64,000 bases of DNA. Origin: Octopus vulgaris. Lineage: Eukaryota. Shown here piece after piece: positions 1 to 12,459 of the stretch. The DNA lies in assembly GCA_951406725.2 (NCBI GenBank), contig OX597826.1, forward strand, positions 7,378,001 through 7,442,000, given 5' to 3'. A model generated the notes under the pieces. That model made no database searches, was not told where the DNA came from, and saw nothing but the letters and a program-made list of their open reading frames with translations. The translations under genes and the position numbers were made by a program. Within the stretch, counting starts at the first letter, position 1. Every line of letters begins with the position of its first letter.

Positions 1-119
1 CACTAGAAAGGAATTATAGGGCTTTGATATATACAAAGACGCACATACATGAACAAAGACAGACACACACACATACACGCGCACACGAACACACACACAT
101 ACATACATACGTATATCCT

Positions 120-522
120 TTTCAAATTTTAGCACAAAACCAGCAATTTTGGAGAGAGAAAACATCGATTACATAGACACCAGTGGATAAAACGCAAAGT
201 CAATCTCGGGGGAATTTGAACGCAGAACGTAGAAATGGACCAAATGTCGCAAAGAATTTTTCTTTCCCAGTGTTTAAGTGAATCTGCCTGCTAACCGTCT
301 TATATTATTGATTTCAAATTTTGGCACAAGGCCAGCAATTTCGGCAGAAGGTGTAAGTCGATTGCATCGATCTTAGTACTCAACTGTTATTTATTTTCTA
401 GAAACCGAAAGAATGGAAGGCAAAGTAGACCTCGGCGGAATTTGAACCCAGAGCGTGAAGACGGGTAAAAATGCTGCTGAGCACTTCGTCCGGCGTGCAA
501 ACAATTCTGCCAGCTCACCGCC

Positions 523-557
<35 letters not shown>

Positions 558-1192
558 TATTCACATTCGTTTTCATCAACACGTATAATCCTTTCTAATA
601 TAGGTACAATGACTGAAACGTCAGGGGAGGTAAGCAGTCTATTACGTCGTCCACAGTGTAAACATTTTATCGACCCGAAAGGACGAAAGGAAAGAAACAT
701 ACAGTTTCTTTGAGGTGAAACATACAGACAAAGGAAATGCCGCTGATAAAGTTTATTCCGTCGTGCTAACGATTATATCAGCTTGCCGTCTCTATAATCT
801 TTTCTACTCTAGGCACAAGGCTCGAAATTTTTGAGGAGGGAGCCAGTCGGTTAGATCGACTCCAGTATATAACTGGTACTTAATTTCTGGACCTGAAAAG
901 GATGAAAGGCAAAGTCAACCTCGGCGGGATTTGAACTCAGAACGTACAGACAGACGAAAGACGCTAAACTTGTCGCATGACGTGCTAACGTTTCTGCCAG
1001 CTCGCCGCCTTAAAAAATTTCTTTTCTACTCTAGGCACAAGGGCTGAAATTGTTGGGGAGGGGGCCGGGCCAGTCGATTAGATCGATCCCACTACGCAAC
1101 TGCTGCTTAATTTATCGATCCCGAAAGGATGAAAGGCAAAGTCGACCTCGGCGGAATTTGAACCCACAACGTAACGGCTGACGAAATACCTA
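120..1192 (-). mobile_element. Cluster of about 5 same-orientation tRNA-derived SINE family A copies (approx. 120-300, 313-523, 590-790, 798-1011, 1020-1192)
   Basis: Repeated reverse complement of GGCGGCGAGCTGGCAGAAACGTTAGCACG...GTTCTGAGTTCAAATTCCGCCGAGGTCGACTTTGCCTTTCATCCTTTCGGGGTCGATAAATTAAGTACCAG, with A-box-like TGGCAGAAACG and B-box-like GAGTTCAAATTCC. Confidence 0.85.
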
Positions 1193-1919
1193 TGTCCAAA
1201 TTTGGCCAAATGCGTTTTTTCAATATATATTTTTTCGTGCAATGTCCGGTTCCTTTGGTTAAACTATCGTATCTCCAGCTGCATCAGATGCCAGGTTATC
1301 AAAAATTGCCAATGTGTAGAACAAAAGGTTTTGCTATGGAATGGGAAACTAATTCTTTTTTTTTTCTGAAAAAGCAATGTTTTGGACTTACGACACTTTT
1401 GCATTATATATATATATATATATATCGATTTCTTGGATGCTATTGAGTCTATGTTTTCCTACGACCATCAGAATTACAAGCCGGATAATATTGTCAACAG
1501 CCAGCCATAGGACTCCAACCTATATCCCTCAAAGACTCCGACTGAGTGCTTTACCAGTAAGCTCGAATGCCCGCTGGCAAATTCACAGCCGAATTTAGAC
1601 GCTAAATGGAACAACCATTCATGAAACAACCATTCGTGCATAAATGTAAACAAGCATATATTTTCTCTTTAATTAGAAGCGTCGAATATGTGAGTTCTAC
1701 AATACAAATAAGATAGTATTTCGAAAGCAGTTGCCTTTAGAACAGCAGAAATACAGGGGGAAATTGCCCTTACAAAGCGGCAACATTTCTCCACAACCAG
1801 ATCGGACACAATAGGGTGAATTACAAAGTATTGCACTACTCTCCGACTCACACTCTCGTATAGGATATAATCTGAATTCATTTAGTAGCTTCGAAGACAA
1901 ATCTTGAGTAACGTAAGAC

Positions 1920-2631
1920 GGATCGTTTCGGTTTAAACGGCAGTTTTTTTTTAATAATTTCTATGTATATAAAAAATTTTAAACTTCGTATACTGGTAGA
2001 ATGTGTTTATAAAACATCTTTTGCTCTTGGCTTTCTTGAGAAAAATCTATAGTTTGTAAGATATTTGGCCTTTGATTTCTTGCATTTCGGCAATTTCAAC
2101 CAATCAATGCCGTCTATTGAGGAGAAAACGATTTCTGCCGTAGTATGTCAACAACATTTATTTCCGGTGTCATATAAAATTGTCCCTGTTATTTATGAGA
2201 AATAAGATACCCTGTGGCCATAAACTGAGGGGTCACTCGTAAACAAAGTGTCCACCCATAATTATGGCCCTAGTATCGATCTTTTGCATCTCAATCAATT
2301 TTAGGGTTAGGGGTGGGGGGAAGGGTATCTTTTTTTCTTCAGAAATGTAAATAAACCCAGTCTGTTTCTTAAACGAGGGACATTTCCATACTTCACCGCC
2401 AGAAAATTTTACGGCAGATAATGTTTTCACCTAAATAGACGTCATTGATTGGGTGAAATTGCCAAAATTGAAGAAAATATCTTCCACTATCTTACAAACT
2501 ACATAATTTTCTCAAGAAAGCCAAGAGAAGAAGATGTTTTATAAACACATTCTACCAGTATACGAAGTTTAAATGTGTTTAGGTACATAGAAATTATTTT
2601 TAAAAAACTGCCGTTCAAACCGAAAAGATCC
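1920..2631. mobile_element. Non-autonomous DNA transposon (MITE/foldback) with about 200-bp terminal inverted repeats and an 8-bp TSD
   Basis: Left end GGATCGTTTCGGTTTAAACGGCAGTTTTTT...AAACTTCGTATACTGGTAGAATGTGTTTATAAAACATC is mirrored by GATGTTTTATAAACACATTCTACCAGTATACGAAGTTT...AAAAAACTGCCGTTCAAACCGAAAAGATCC. Flanks are CGTAAGAC (1912-1919) and TGTAAGAC (2632-2639). Confidence 0.88.
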
Positions 2632-3536
2632 TGTAAGACATTAACGTTCTGCAAAGATTACCCCTCTACAAGCATAGCAAACTTTGGAATACTCCAACTC
2701 CGTTCACCACTTTGTAGCTTGTTTCTGTTTGGATGTAATAAGCATCCCAAACGGTTTTATTTAATATTATCGATCGCAAACTTCAAGTAACTTCTTTCAT
2801 TTGTTGACCCGTTGTATTATCACAATAAACTATAATTTTCGCTTCGACAATACCAGAATGAAAACTTATATAGCATCATTACCAATTTATTTCGCACAAT
2901 ATAGTGGTAATGGCAGAGATTACTAAAATCCTTTCATACATATGATAAGAGAAGGAGGTTTAAAAAGGTTGATAAAGAGCTCTACGCAAGAAAACGTAAA
3001 CAAAACATTCACAAAACTATTAAAATATGAACACAGCTCCGGCATCAATAATGTATATAAAAGGAAAACAGCACCTTATAACATACATAAATATATTTAT
3101 GCCTGCATAGACACAAGCACACACACAACCATATATGTATATATATAAATACATACACTCACATATGTATACACACACAGACATATATTTATATATCTGT
3201 AAGTACTGGTTCATACACACGATTACGCATTTAAGGAAGAGTCTGTGGTAGCGCGTATTTAATAAATTGTTCATATATTTCATTACAATTTTATATTCTT
3301 TTACTTGAAATGTTTTTAGATACACACACACATACACACACACTCACACTCACACAGACATGTATATATATTTACTTTGTATATATTAACCTTGCACAAA
3401 TCACTGCCATTTTGACAGACGTCACTACGACAGAAGAAAACTGTGCTACTTTTACATAACATTTAAATTTACTCAGAACGTATTGTATCCTTCAAATATA
3501 TAACAAAATAGAGAATATAGCTTAGATAAAACTTCA

Positions 3537-3696
3537 CGCAGGAGTGGCTGTGTGGTAAGTAGCTTGTTTACCAACCACATGGTTCCGGGTTCAGTCCCAC
3601 TGCGTGGCACCTTGGGCAAGTGTTTTCTACTATAGCCTCGGGCCGACCAAAGCCTTTTGAGTGGATTTGATAGACTGAAACTGAACGAAGCCCGTC

Positions 3697-3748
<52 letters not shown>

Positions 3749-3950
3749 GTGTGTTTGTCTCCCTAGCATTGCTTGACAACCGATGCTGGTGTGTTTATGT
3801 CCCCGTCACCTAGCGGTTCGGCAAAAAGAGCCCGATAGAATAAGTACTGGGCTTACAAAGAATAAATCTCGGGGTCGAGTTGCTCTATTAAAGGCGGTGC
3901 TCCACCATGGCCGCAGTCAAATGACTGAAACACGTAAAAGAGTAAAAGAG
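3537..3950 (+). mobile_element. SINE family B, near full length, with an internal (TA)n(TG)n tract
   Basis: tRNA-like head GGAGTGGCTGTGTGGTAAG...GGGTTCAGTCCC, then GGCACCTTGGGCAAGTG and the tail GGCCGCAGTCAAATGACTGAAAC..GTAAAAGAG. Closely matches 59445-59850 and the reverse complement of 42736-43115. Confidence 0.88.
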
Positions 3951-4034
3951 TATATGTCGATTAAGGTTGTTCGTCATTTTCGTTATTCTTTCTCTCTGTC
4001 TGCGTGGGTTATTTCGAGTATTTTGTTTTATCCG

Positions 4035-4248
4035 GGAGTCTCTTCTTATAGTAGAAGGAATTGCTAATGTTCTTTGGCTGCTATTTCTAAACTTCGGTAT
4101 ATGGTAAAGCAAATATTTGCTGAACCCTAATTATAATTATACTCGTAATTATAAAATATTAAGTTTACCGAAAACTGGTCCTTTTTCATGCCGAATTCTA
4201 CTTGATGGAATTATTGATTACTAATTAATTAATTAATTTTACCCTTTA
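4035..4248 (-). repeat. Partial copy of the repeat at about 55030-55365 (lacks the ribozyme segment)
   Basis: GCTGCTATTTCTAAACTTCGG...GCTGAACCCTAATTATAATTAT...TTAATTTTACCCTTT is the reverse complement of AAAGGGTAAAATTT...GTTCAGCTAATTGC...CCGAATTTAGAAATAGCAG at about 55035-55220. Abuts (TA)n. Confidence 0.65.
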
Positions 4249-4249
4249 T

Positions 4250-4280
<31 letters not shown>

Positions 4281-4388
4281 CGAAAATTACGAACGAAGTC
4301 ATTGTACAATGTGAAATGTGATTGCTGAAATGATGTTCTGTTCATCATCAACAACAATATCAATAACAACATACTACAATGAACGACT

Positions 4389-4679
4389 GTGGAGGCACAT
4401 GACCTAGTGGTTAGAGCAGCGGACTCGTGGTCCAGGGATCGCGGGTTCGAATCTCAGACCGGACGATGTGTGTATATGAGTGAAACACTTAAGCTCAACG
4501 CGGCTCCGGCAGAAGGTAATGGCAAACATCTACTGACGCTTTCGCCACAACTTTCTCTCATTCTTTCCTCTTTCAGCTCACCTGCGACGGACCGGCGTCC
4601 CGTCCAGGTGGGGAACCTATACGCCAAGGAAAAAGGGAAACCGGTCCTTATCCAGGCGTGGTTCGAGAAGGAACAAACA
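4389..4679 (+). mobile_element. SINE family C (head H1 + tail T1) with TSD
   Basis: tRNA-like head GTGGAGGCAC..GACCTAGTGGTTAGAGCAGCGG..GGGTTCGAATCTC. Flanking direct repeats ACAATGAACGACT (4376-4388) and ACAATGGACGACT (4680-4692). Confidence 0.85.
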
Positions 4680-5977
4680 ACAATGGACGACTATATCTTT
4701 CTTCTTTTCGAGGTCGAAATAAAGAAGTACCAGTTGAGCTCCTGAGTCGATGAAATAAACTGATGTCCGGTCTTGTGCTAATATTTTATATAAGAAACTT
4801 TTATGTAAATACTAAGCTATCGCAAAGGGGTTTTTTTTTTCAACCCTTGAAACCATGTATCAGCATTCGACTGTAATACGTCCGTCTGCGATCGCGCAGC
4901 AGAATGTTTTAAACATATACAACCCAGGATGTTGAGGGGCTAATGCTGCTGAAAAGGCTGTGTGTAAGCGGGTAGTGGAAGTATATCTGGATAGCAACAT
5001 GTTTGTTGAAATGTGACAGCTAACTGGTTGTGGAATAAGTAGATGAAATAATTGATCTAAGACTTCTTGTAAATTTAGCAAATAAGGCAGCATAAATTTC
5101 TTGCTACTTAAATATTCAAAGATACGATTGACAAGCACATTCAGTTGATAATTCCCATGCCATGCATAACCATAATCTTTGAACCCGATTAATCTAGTCG
5201 AAATTCGTGGAAAAATTTCCCAGTCTATCCGATTTTGCCTTATTTTATATATTCAAGACACCATTAAGCAAGCAATCTTTTATATTCTTTAAGATGCTAC
5301 GATGTGATTTGATAGAGATCTGGTTGTTATTTCTAGCTGCGAAATAGACCTTCGATTGTATAAATGTTTCCTGTTTTGCTAGTGAAATGGTATTTTGATA
5401 TGAAGCGATACAACTGGTTATCGGTGTAACAGTATCAAAGGATCGTCCTCATCATAGCAGTCAAATCAGCTATCAATAAGAGAGAAAAATGATTTTAAAA
5501 AACCTTTGGAGAAGGTGAAAAAAGCGATAGTTTATAGTAATTACTATTTGGAATGTGAGATATATAATGCAATAATTGATAAGTTCAAAGTATTTTCGCT
5601 TACTGTGTACACGGCCTGCGTTTGTGTGTTTCCTCTTTGCTATATTCTTTGCAAGATATAAGAATGTTTTGATGGTTCTTTATTCGTTGCTATAAAAAGA
5701 CGCAGAACTCATTACTGTAAAGCATTACCAGCGGTAGAGAGCTCTTATGCATTATAAGTCAAATGTATCTTACGATGAAAATGGTAGAATATTAAATAAT
5801 TGATGGCTTTCATAGAGAAGGAATGTAAACATGTTATAGTAAATTAAAAATGAACGGCGGAGTAAGTCGGATAGAAATGCGGTGAATATTTATGAAGAAT
5901 ATAAATAACATGAGAAGAAAATAATTAGATACACTGCAAGAAAAACAAATGTAGATACACACATTCAAATAGATACT

Positions 5978-6023
5978 CCCTCTCTCTCTCGCTTTCTTTC
6001 TCTCTCTCTCTCTCTCTCTTTCA

Positions 6024-6058
<35 letters not shown>

Positions 6059-6144
6059 GTCACCTACATATATCTATATGCATACAATAGTGTTTGTTTT
6101 TATGGCGTTATATATAAAAACAATTTAATATCGAATGAAGAATT

Positions 6145-6192
<48 letters not shown>

Positions 6193-6420
6193 GGGGGGGG
6201 GGGGGGGAGACGCACAGACAGACAGTCAGTCAGAAGTAATGACTGAGTGATAGATATGTGGAGATAGATATATAAATAGATAGATACATACATACATACT
6301 GACGTACATACATACATACTGACATACATACATACATAGATACTTACATAAATACATACACACATACATACATACATACATACATACATACATACATACA
6401 TACATACATTACATACTTAC
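5978..6420. repeat. Compound microsatellites (CT)n, (TA)n, poly-G, (TACA)n
   Basis: Directly visible. Confidence 0.95.
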
Positions 6421-7074
6421 AAACATTCATACACACATAGCGGAGGATGTTATTAGAAAAAAGTCTGAGGAATTAGCAAGATGGGAAAGAAATGGATAGA
6501 GAAAAAGGGGCTACATTCATGAACATGAAGCGAGAAAAATTTTGAAAATGCAAAAATGCGAATGTAAAATAATAGGCCATGTAAATATTTAAATGCATGA
6601 ATTAAACAAATTTTTTCACACAAAAAACAGAAAGTTTATTTTTTTAAAATAAACAGTTGAAGGGAAAAAATAAGGAAGATTTCAAATCAATTTTGAATAT
6701 GGAATAGGTTGTAGAATATCAAGAAAAGATAAAGAGTGAGTATATAAAGCTGTTAAGCATCTGAAAATCGATAGAAAAAATAATATCTGCTGTTCATTTT
6801 TTCCGTGCTTCAATAAATTTCTTCCTTCTTTATTTTTGGAAGTAGTTTATTATTAAAAAAAAAAAACTATGAAACATATTTATAATTTATTTTACACAAC
6901 AGCATAATTGAAATAAGAAGAGAGAACGTAATTCTTTTAGAAATAAATGGAAGTTATAGTCAGAAAATTTTAGCAGAAATGCCACGTTGTTAATAAATAA
7001 TATTAATCGCAACAACACGAAGAATGGCATTATTAAACAGAAATTTTAGAACTACAATAATAATTATTTGTAAA

Positions 7075-7620
7075 ATAAACATGAAGCCAAAAGTTTGCGC
7101 AGAAGTTTTAGGCGATTAAATGGATCGCGGTACTTGATAAAACAGAATATTTTATCGGTCCTCCGTGGAATTAGAAATCAGAAATCAAAGAGCTATGACG
7201 AAAAACTGTAGTAGAATTTCCCTAACCCCTTAACAATTCTACCATACTTAATAATTTCTAATTCAGAATCAAGTTTGAAGGAGGTGAGGCGAAGAAATCA
7301 GCCCTAGTCATCCATTGGTTCTCTATGTTATTCAAATCTGACGGATGAACGGCAATGGTGATCTTAGAACCATTACAGTGATACATAATGTCTGAAGCTT
7401 CATAACATCCACGGCAACAACATCAATAATAATGTAATCGTCTCGTCCTTTGGATTTCAGTCTTTGAGCCTGTAGTAAAAACGATTACCATTTTTACTAA
7501 AACGGTGAGCTGGCAGAGCCGTTAGCACAATGGACGAATTGATTAGCGGTATTCACCTGTCGCTACGTTCTGAGTTCAAATTTCGCCGAGGCTGACTTCA
7601 CTTTTCTTCCTTTCGGAGAT
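7075..7620. mobile_element. Degenerate SINE family A copies (minus at about 7075-7230; 5' part on plus at 7502-7620)
   Basis: CGGTGAGCTGGCAGAGCCGTTAGCAC...GCTACGTTCTGAGTTCAAATTTCGCCGAGG at 7502-7590. Confidence 0.65.
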
Positions 7621-8077
7621 CACCATTGCCCAGGTTTTTCCGTATGGCTGGGGACATTATTATTATTATCATTTTTATTATTATTATTATTATCATTAAC
7701 AATAAGAGGAGTGTGACTGTTATCGAATGAACAATATTCCGACACTTCGTGTGTCTTCCACAAGTTCGAAATAATCATCTCGCCTACTTCATTTTGGTAA
7801 TATTTAAAGACTGACCTTACACCTCCCGACCGTAAAGAAACAATAAGAAGAGTGCGACTGTTATAGGGAGGAATAACATCAATCTTAAATATTACCAAAA
7901 TATTACTATTATTGTTATTATTATTATTGTTGTTGTTGTTGTTGTTTATAAAAATAATAATAAAAATAATGAGGATGATAATTTTTTTCAGTATACTGCC
8001 TGCCTATTCTCATTTGAACAATGCTTGACCTAGAAGGCCATTACAAAATTTGTAGAAAAAGAAACAAAATTATATAG

Positions 8078-8129
<52 letters not shown>

Positions 8130-8293
8130 GAGAGAGAACGAGAGAGTTTGTGTGCAACAATCGTTAATTTCGTGAGGATGGGGTCAAAACACCGAAATAT
8201 TGAATGCAAGGTAAGTCTACATTAATTCATATATTTTTCTTGTGATTTGCTTTGCATTTACTTCGCATTGTTCTGGCCTTACCCACGATCTTT

Positions 8294-8527
<234 letters not shown>

Positions 8528-9354
8528 ACGAAACGTGGTGAAACGAGAATAAAGTTCACACGAAAGTAGGCCATCGTAAAAAGTTATTTTACTCAGTAAT
8601 TACAAAAACGGCAAAATATTTATTTAAATCTGAGATATGATTTTTGAATTTTATATTCTTTAAAATAAAAAATAAATAAAGGGGAACCCACGTAAAGCTC
8701 GTGGAGTAATATCAACTGGGATCAAACCAATATTGCCCACTTAACTTTGATCGTTCCCTGCTTCCAAGAGATCGCCAATAAACCACCTTTCTCCTTTTTG
8801 AACCACTTTTGAACATGTATTTTGGTTAGATAGGAATGCCAAAACGCTGTACTTAAAGATTGATCTTCTATACCTAAGGTGCGTATTTTGATTGTAGGGT
8901 TAGCAAAATATGAAGCCAGGTTCCTATTTTGCATGCAGCATTAAGAATTCGAAGATTATTTCCTTTTGGCAAATTGTGAGATAATTGCAATCGTTTATTT
9001 TTGTTCTCTGTAGTCGAAGTCTGCAACAACGTCAGGGTCAGCTTTCGAGTCTTCCCTTCTATAATACATCTGATTTGTTGCAGAATGTACTTGTGAGTTT
9101 TCCTTTTATTTGAGTTTAATTTCTTTCATGAATTGAAATTCCTTGCTCTTATGTTTATCTTAATTTATTTCGTTGTGGTTAGCATTCCCCGTAGGAATAT
9201 TGTGCTTGTGTATAGAAATATATGAATTAATAGTATTTCATCTGAATGGTTTTCTTTTTCTCCTTGTGCAATGTACGCGTGTTACTTCACATATTATAAA
9301 ACAGAAATTTAAAAAATTATTTTTATATATAGGAAACTTCTATATAAGTGAAAG

Positions 9355-9900
9355 TGATGCATGGGAAATACCTCAGAGACATGGAAGGAAAAGACAAAAC
9401 AAACACCTGGAGGTGGTTATGGAAAACTGATCTGAAAGGATGCACTGAGGCATTGATATGCAGCGCTCAGGAACAAGATCTCTAAGAACTAATTACACCA
9501 AAATCCAAATAGATATGAGCAGAGAATTACTCCTTTCTGTGATGTGTGACAAAATAGTCACACATACTGTGAGTTAGTATTGCAAATTGTCTGAAAAGGA
9601 ATACAAAAGTAGGCATAATAACGTAGCTAGGTATATTCATTGGAGATTTTGCAAGAAGTACGGCCTTGAAAGGCCATTGAAATGGATCGAACTTAAACCA
9701 GGTATCATCAAGAATAATGAGTATAAGATCTTGTGGGATTTTACATTCCAGTGTAATTCAATGACTGAAGCATGGAGACTAGACATTGATTAAAGTCGTT
9801 AAAATGATGAAAGAGATCAAGATCATTGATATAGCCATTCCCGAAGATGTACGACTGGAGGATAAAGAACTAGAAACGATTGAGAACTACGAGCCAAAAC
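9355..9900 (+). pseudogene. Degenerate C-terminal part of an RLE-type non-LTR retrotransposon (R4/Dong-like): zinc-knuckle remnant and restriction-like endonuclease
   Basis: Translation across frameshifts gives TWRWLWKTDLKGCTEALICSAQEQ..LRTNYTKIQID, then EYKSRHNNVARYIHW..KILWDF..WRLDI (decayed RPD) and IIDIAIPEDVRLEDKELE, the typical RH(N/D)...PD...D...K layout. Confidence 0.85.
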
Positions 9901-9902
9901 AT

Positions 9903-10105
9903 TTGAGTGAGTGAGCAATGCATGCCATCCAGGAGACAGACACTGCGGTACAAATATACGAAGCCTTATATAACCAGCATGGCTACCCGTCTGATAAGGG
10001 TATACAGACACACGCATCACAGCCATATATTCACGACATGGTGAGCTCGAATCAAGATAACTAGCGCATTGAGTTGAAGATGGGGGTCCAGTTAGAAAAA
10101 TCTAC
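9903..10105 (-). repeat. Diverged inverted partial copy of the repeat at 11783-12278
   Basis: TGAGTGAGTGAGCAATGCATGCCATC...CTACCCGTCTGATAAGGGTATAC...GACATGGTGAGCTC is the reverse complement of about 12140-12278. Similarity extends to GGGGGTCCAGTTAGAA. Confidence 0.8.
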
Positions 10106-10405
10106 GATGAAGCCAAAGTAATTCTATATCACGTCTTCTGGTTGTTTTGGCGCTGGACGTGGCGGGGTTTTATCTCAAGCGCTAGTGATATAAACAAGAG
10201 AGCATTTTGCACCAAAATCCTCTCGTGGCATCTACCGCAGTAGAGTTTGCCCTAACTGAATCTCCGCGTTTAAGTGGGAATAAATATTACCTGAAAACCA
10301 TATATAATTGTGAATATGAGGGTTAGAAAGATTAAGAAGGGAAATGGATACATACATACATGCTCTCATACATGCAAACGTACGTACGTACTATAAATGT
10401 GAGTG

Positions 10406-10437
<32 letters not shown>

Positions 10438-10569
10438 TGTATGTATGTATGTATGTATGTATAAAACTTGTTAGTTTGGTTGGTGTGAAGAATGAGAATA
10501 TTGTGAGAACGATGCAATGGGAAACCAAGAGGAAAAATGATACACATTATTACAATCTCCAACTCCGGC

Positions 10570-10570
<1 letters not shown>

Positions 10571-10629
<59 letters not shown>

Positions 10630-10800
10630 TGTAGTAGTAGTAATAGTAGTAGTAGTAATAGTAGTAGTGGTAGTAGTAGCAGTAGTAGTAGTAGTAGTAG
10701 TGGTAGTAGTAGCAGTAGTAGTAGTAGTAGTAGTTGTAGTAGTATTAGTAGTAGTAGTAGTAGTAGCAGTAGTAGTAACAACAGCAAAAACAACAACAAC
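10571..10800. repeat. (AGT)n trinucleotide microsatellite
   Basis: Directly visible; source of the poly-Ser/poly-Leu ORFs. Confidence 0.97.
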
Positions 10801-11651
10801 AGCAAGAATATCGCCGTTACCGATATTCTGATATTGTTCCTGTTAGATTTCAGTTTTAATATTCTATGCAGACGCGGATTAAAGTTGACATTTGATCACA
10901 AAGAATGATAACGCAGCAAATGCAGACACAAACGATGTTTATGTTTAGTCTTCCAAATTTTAGAAGCTCTCTACTTCTAAATGTTTTTTCTCTTTTCATT
11001 TTTTTGTTTGTACTTTGTTATATAACTTTTAATAACTTTGTGTTGCTTTACTGCCACTTCAATTTTCATTTTTTTATTTTATTCTATTATTTTCAATTTA
11101 GTTTTATCAAACTAATATGGGTCTCTGATTCTAACTGTAGTTAATTTCCCAGTTATTTAACCCCGATTTAAGTGAAGTTTTTCTAGGCCAATTGCTTTTT
11201 TGTTTTTCTGACTGAAGCAATTCGAGTTTTAACTTTATTACTCGACTATTTCGAAATAGAGAAAAAATACGGCCACTATTTTTTGCTGTAATAGATGTTT
11301 CTTACGATGTTCTTGTTTTTTTCAGCCACAAGTCTGACCCTCTCGATCAGATCTATGATATATTAATTCTAGCTGTAGCGACCATACCGTTACATTGTGT
11401 GATTCAGATGAACATAACAGTTTCATTTATTTTAAATAGGGTTATAAGGTGTGATTTGGGAGAAAGTTAGCTGCTGCGTATTGCAGATCAAGATCAACTA
11501 TTTCAGCATATCAATAGACTTCGCTGAAAAAGGTGAGAATAATCATATGTGATGCTTTCCATAAATAATTTCACTGGCCACAAACATATATTAACAGGGT
11601 ATTCAGGCACTTAAAGGAATTATTTTGCTTGAATATTACTGAGAGAACGAG

Positions 11652-11652
<1 letters not shown>

Positions 11653-11739
<87 letters not shown>

Positions 11740-11781
11740 GATGATGATGATGATAACAATAATAATAATAATAATAATAAT
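11653..11781. repeat. (TAA)n/(TGA)n microsatellite
   Basis: Directly visible. Confidence 0.97.
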
Positions 11782-11782
11782 A

Positions 11783-12278
11783 TGGTATAAAAGATGGGCT
11801 ACAGTCTTGGTATAAAAGATGGGCTACAGCAAATATTCTGCTCAATACTACAGATTTGCTTGTCAGTTGTTTGACCTTAGCCAGTTGAGCATGTCCCTTA
11901 ATGGCTGACGATACGTGCATCTCTGATCGCGAGCAGAAGTAGTGGGGGAGCATCATAGCCATGTGTTGAGAGGGATTCTTTGGAGTTTGAATAATTCACC
12001 TCTGGAAACATAGGTGTTTCGTTCAACATCCTAAAGCAACCCTTATTCAGGGACCTTTTGAGCAGGATGGGCTACTCAACCTGAAGAAAATTCTAACTGG
12101 GCCCCACCTGCAAGGTCATGTGCTGTTTATCTTGATATGAGATCACCATGTCGCGCACATATGGTTGTGATGCATGTGCCTGGTGTACCCTTATCAGATG
12201 GGTAGTCATGATGGGTATGCTGGGCTTCGTATATTTTACCCCAGTGTCACTTTGATGGCATGCACTGCTCTCTCACTC
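11783..12278. mobile_element. About 495-bp GC-richer interspersed repeat embedded in (TAA)n, no intact ORF
   Basis: Sharp composition boundaries with TAA arrays on both sides, a second copy at 9903-10105, and a duplicated 21-mer GGTATAAAAGATGGGCTACAG at the left edge. Confidence 0.7.
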
Positions 12279-12297
12279 AAAAATAATAATAATAATA

Positions 12298-12338
<41 letters not shown>

Positions 12339-12459
12339 AATAACAACAACAACAAAAATACCAATAGTAATAATAATAATAATGATAATGATGATGATAA
12401 CAATAATAATAATAATAACAATAATAATAATAATAATAATAATAAAGAGGAGGAGGTGC

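Noticed and set aside
7699-7866. 26-bp direct repeat AACAATAAGA(G/A)GAGTG(T/C)GACTGTTAT at about 141-bp spacing
   Set aside because: Only two short imperfect copies and no recognisable element between them; too little to interpret.
8722-8934. 70-aa non-repetitive ORF as a host exon
   Set aside because: No recognisable motif or convincing splice signals; its length is within chance expectation and it lies next to LINE debris.
10537-10908. Poly-Ser and poly-Leu ORFs
   Set aside because: Translation of an (AGT)n microsatellite.
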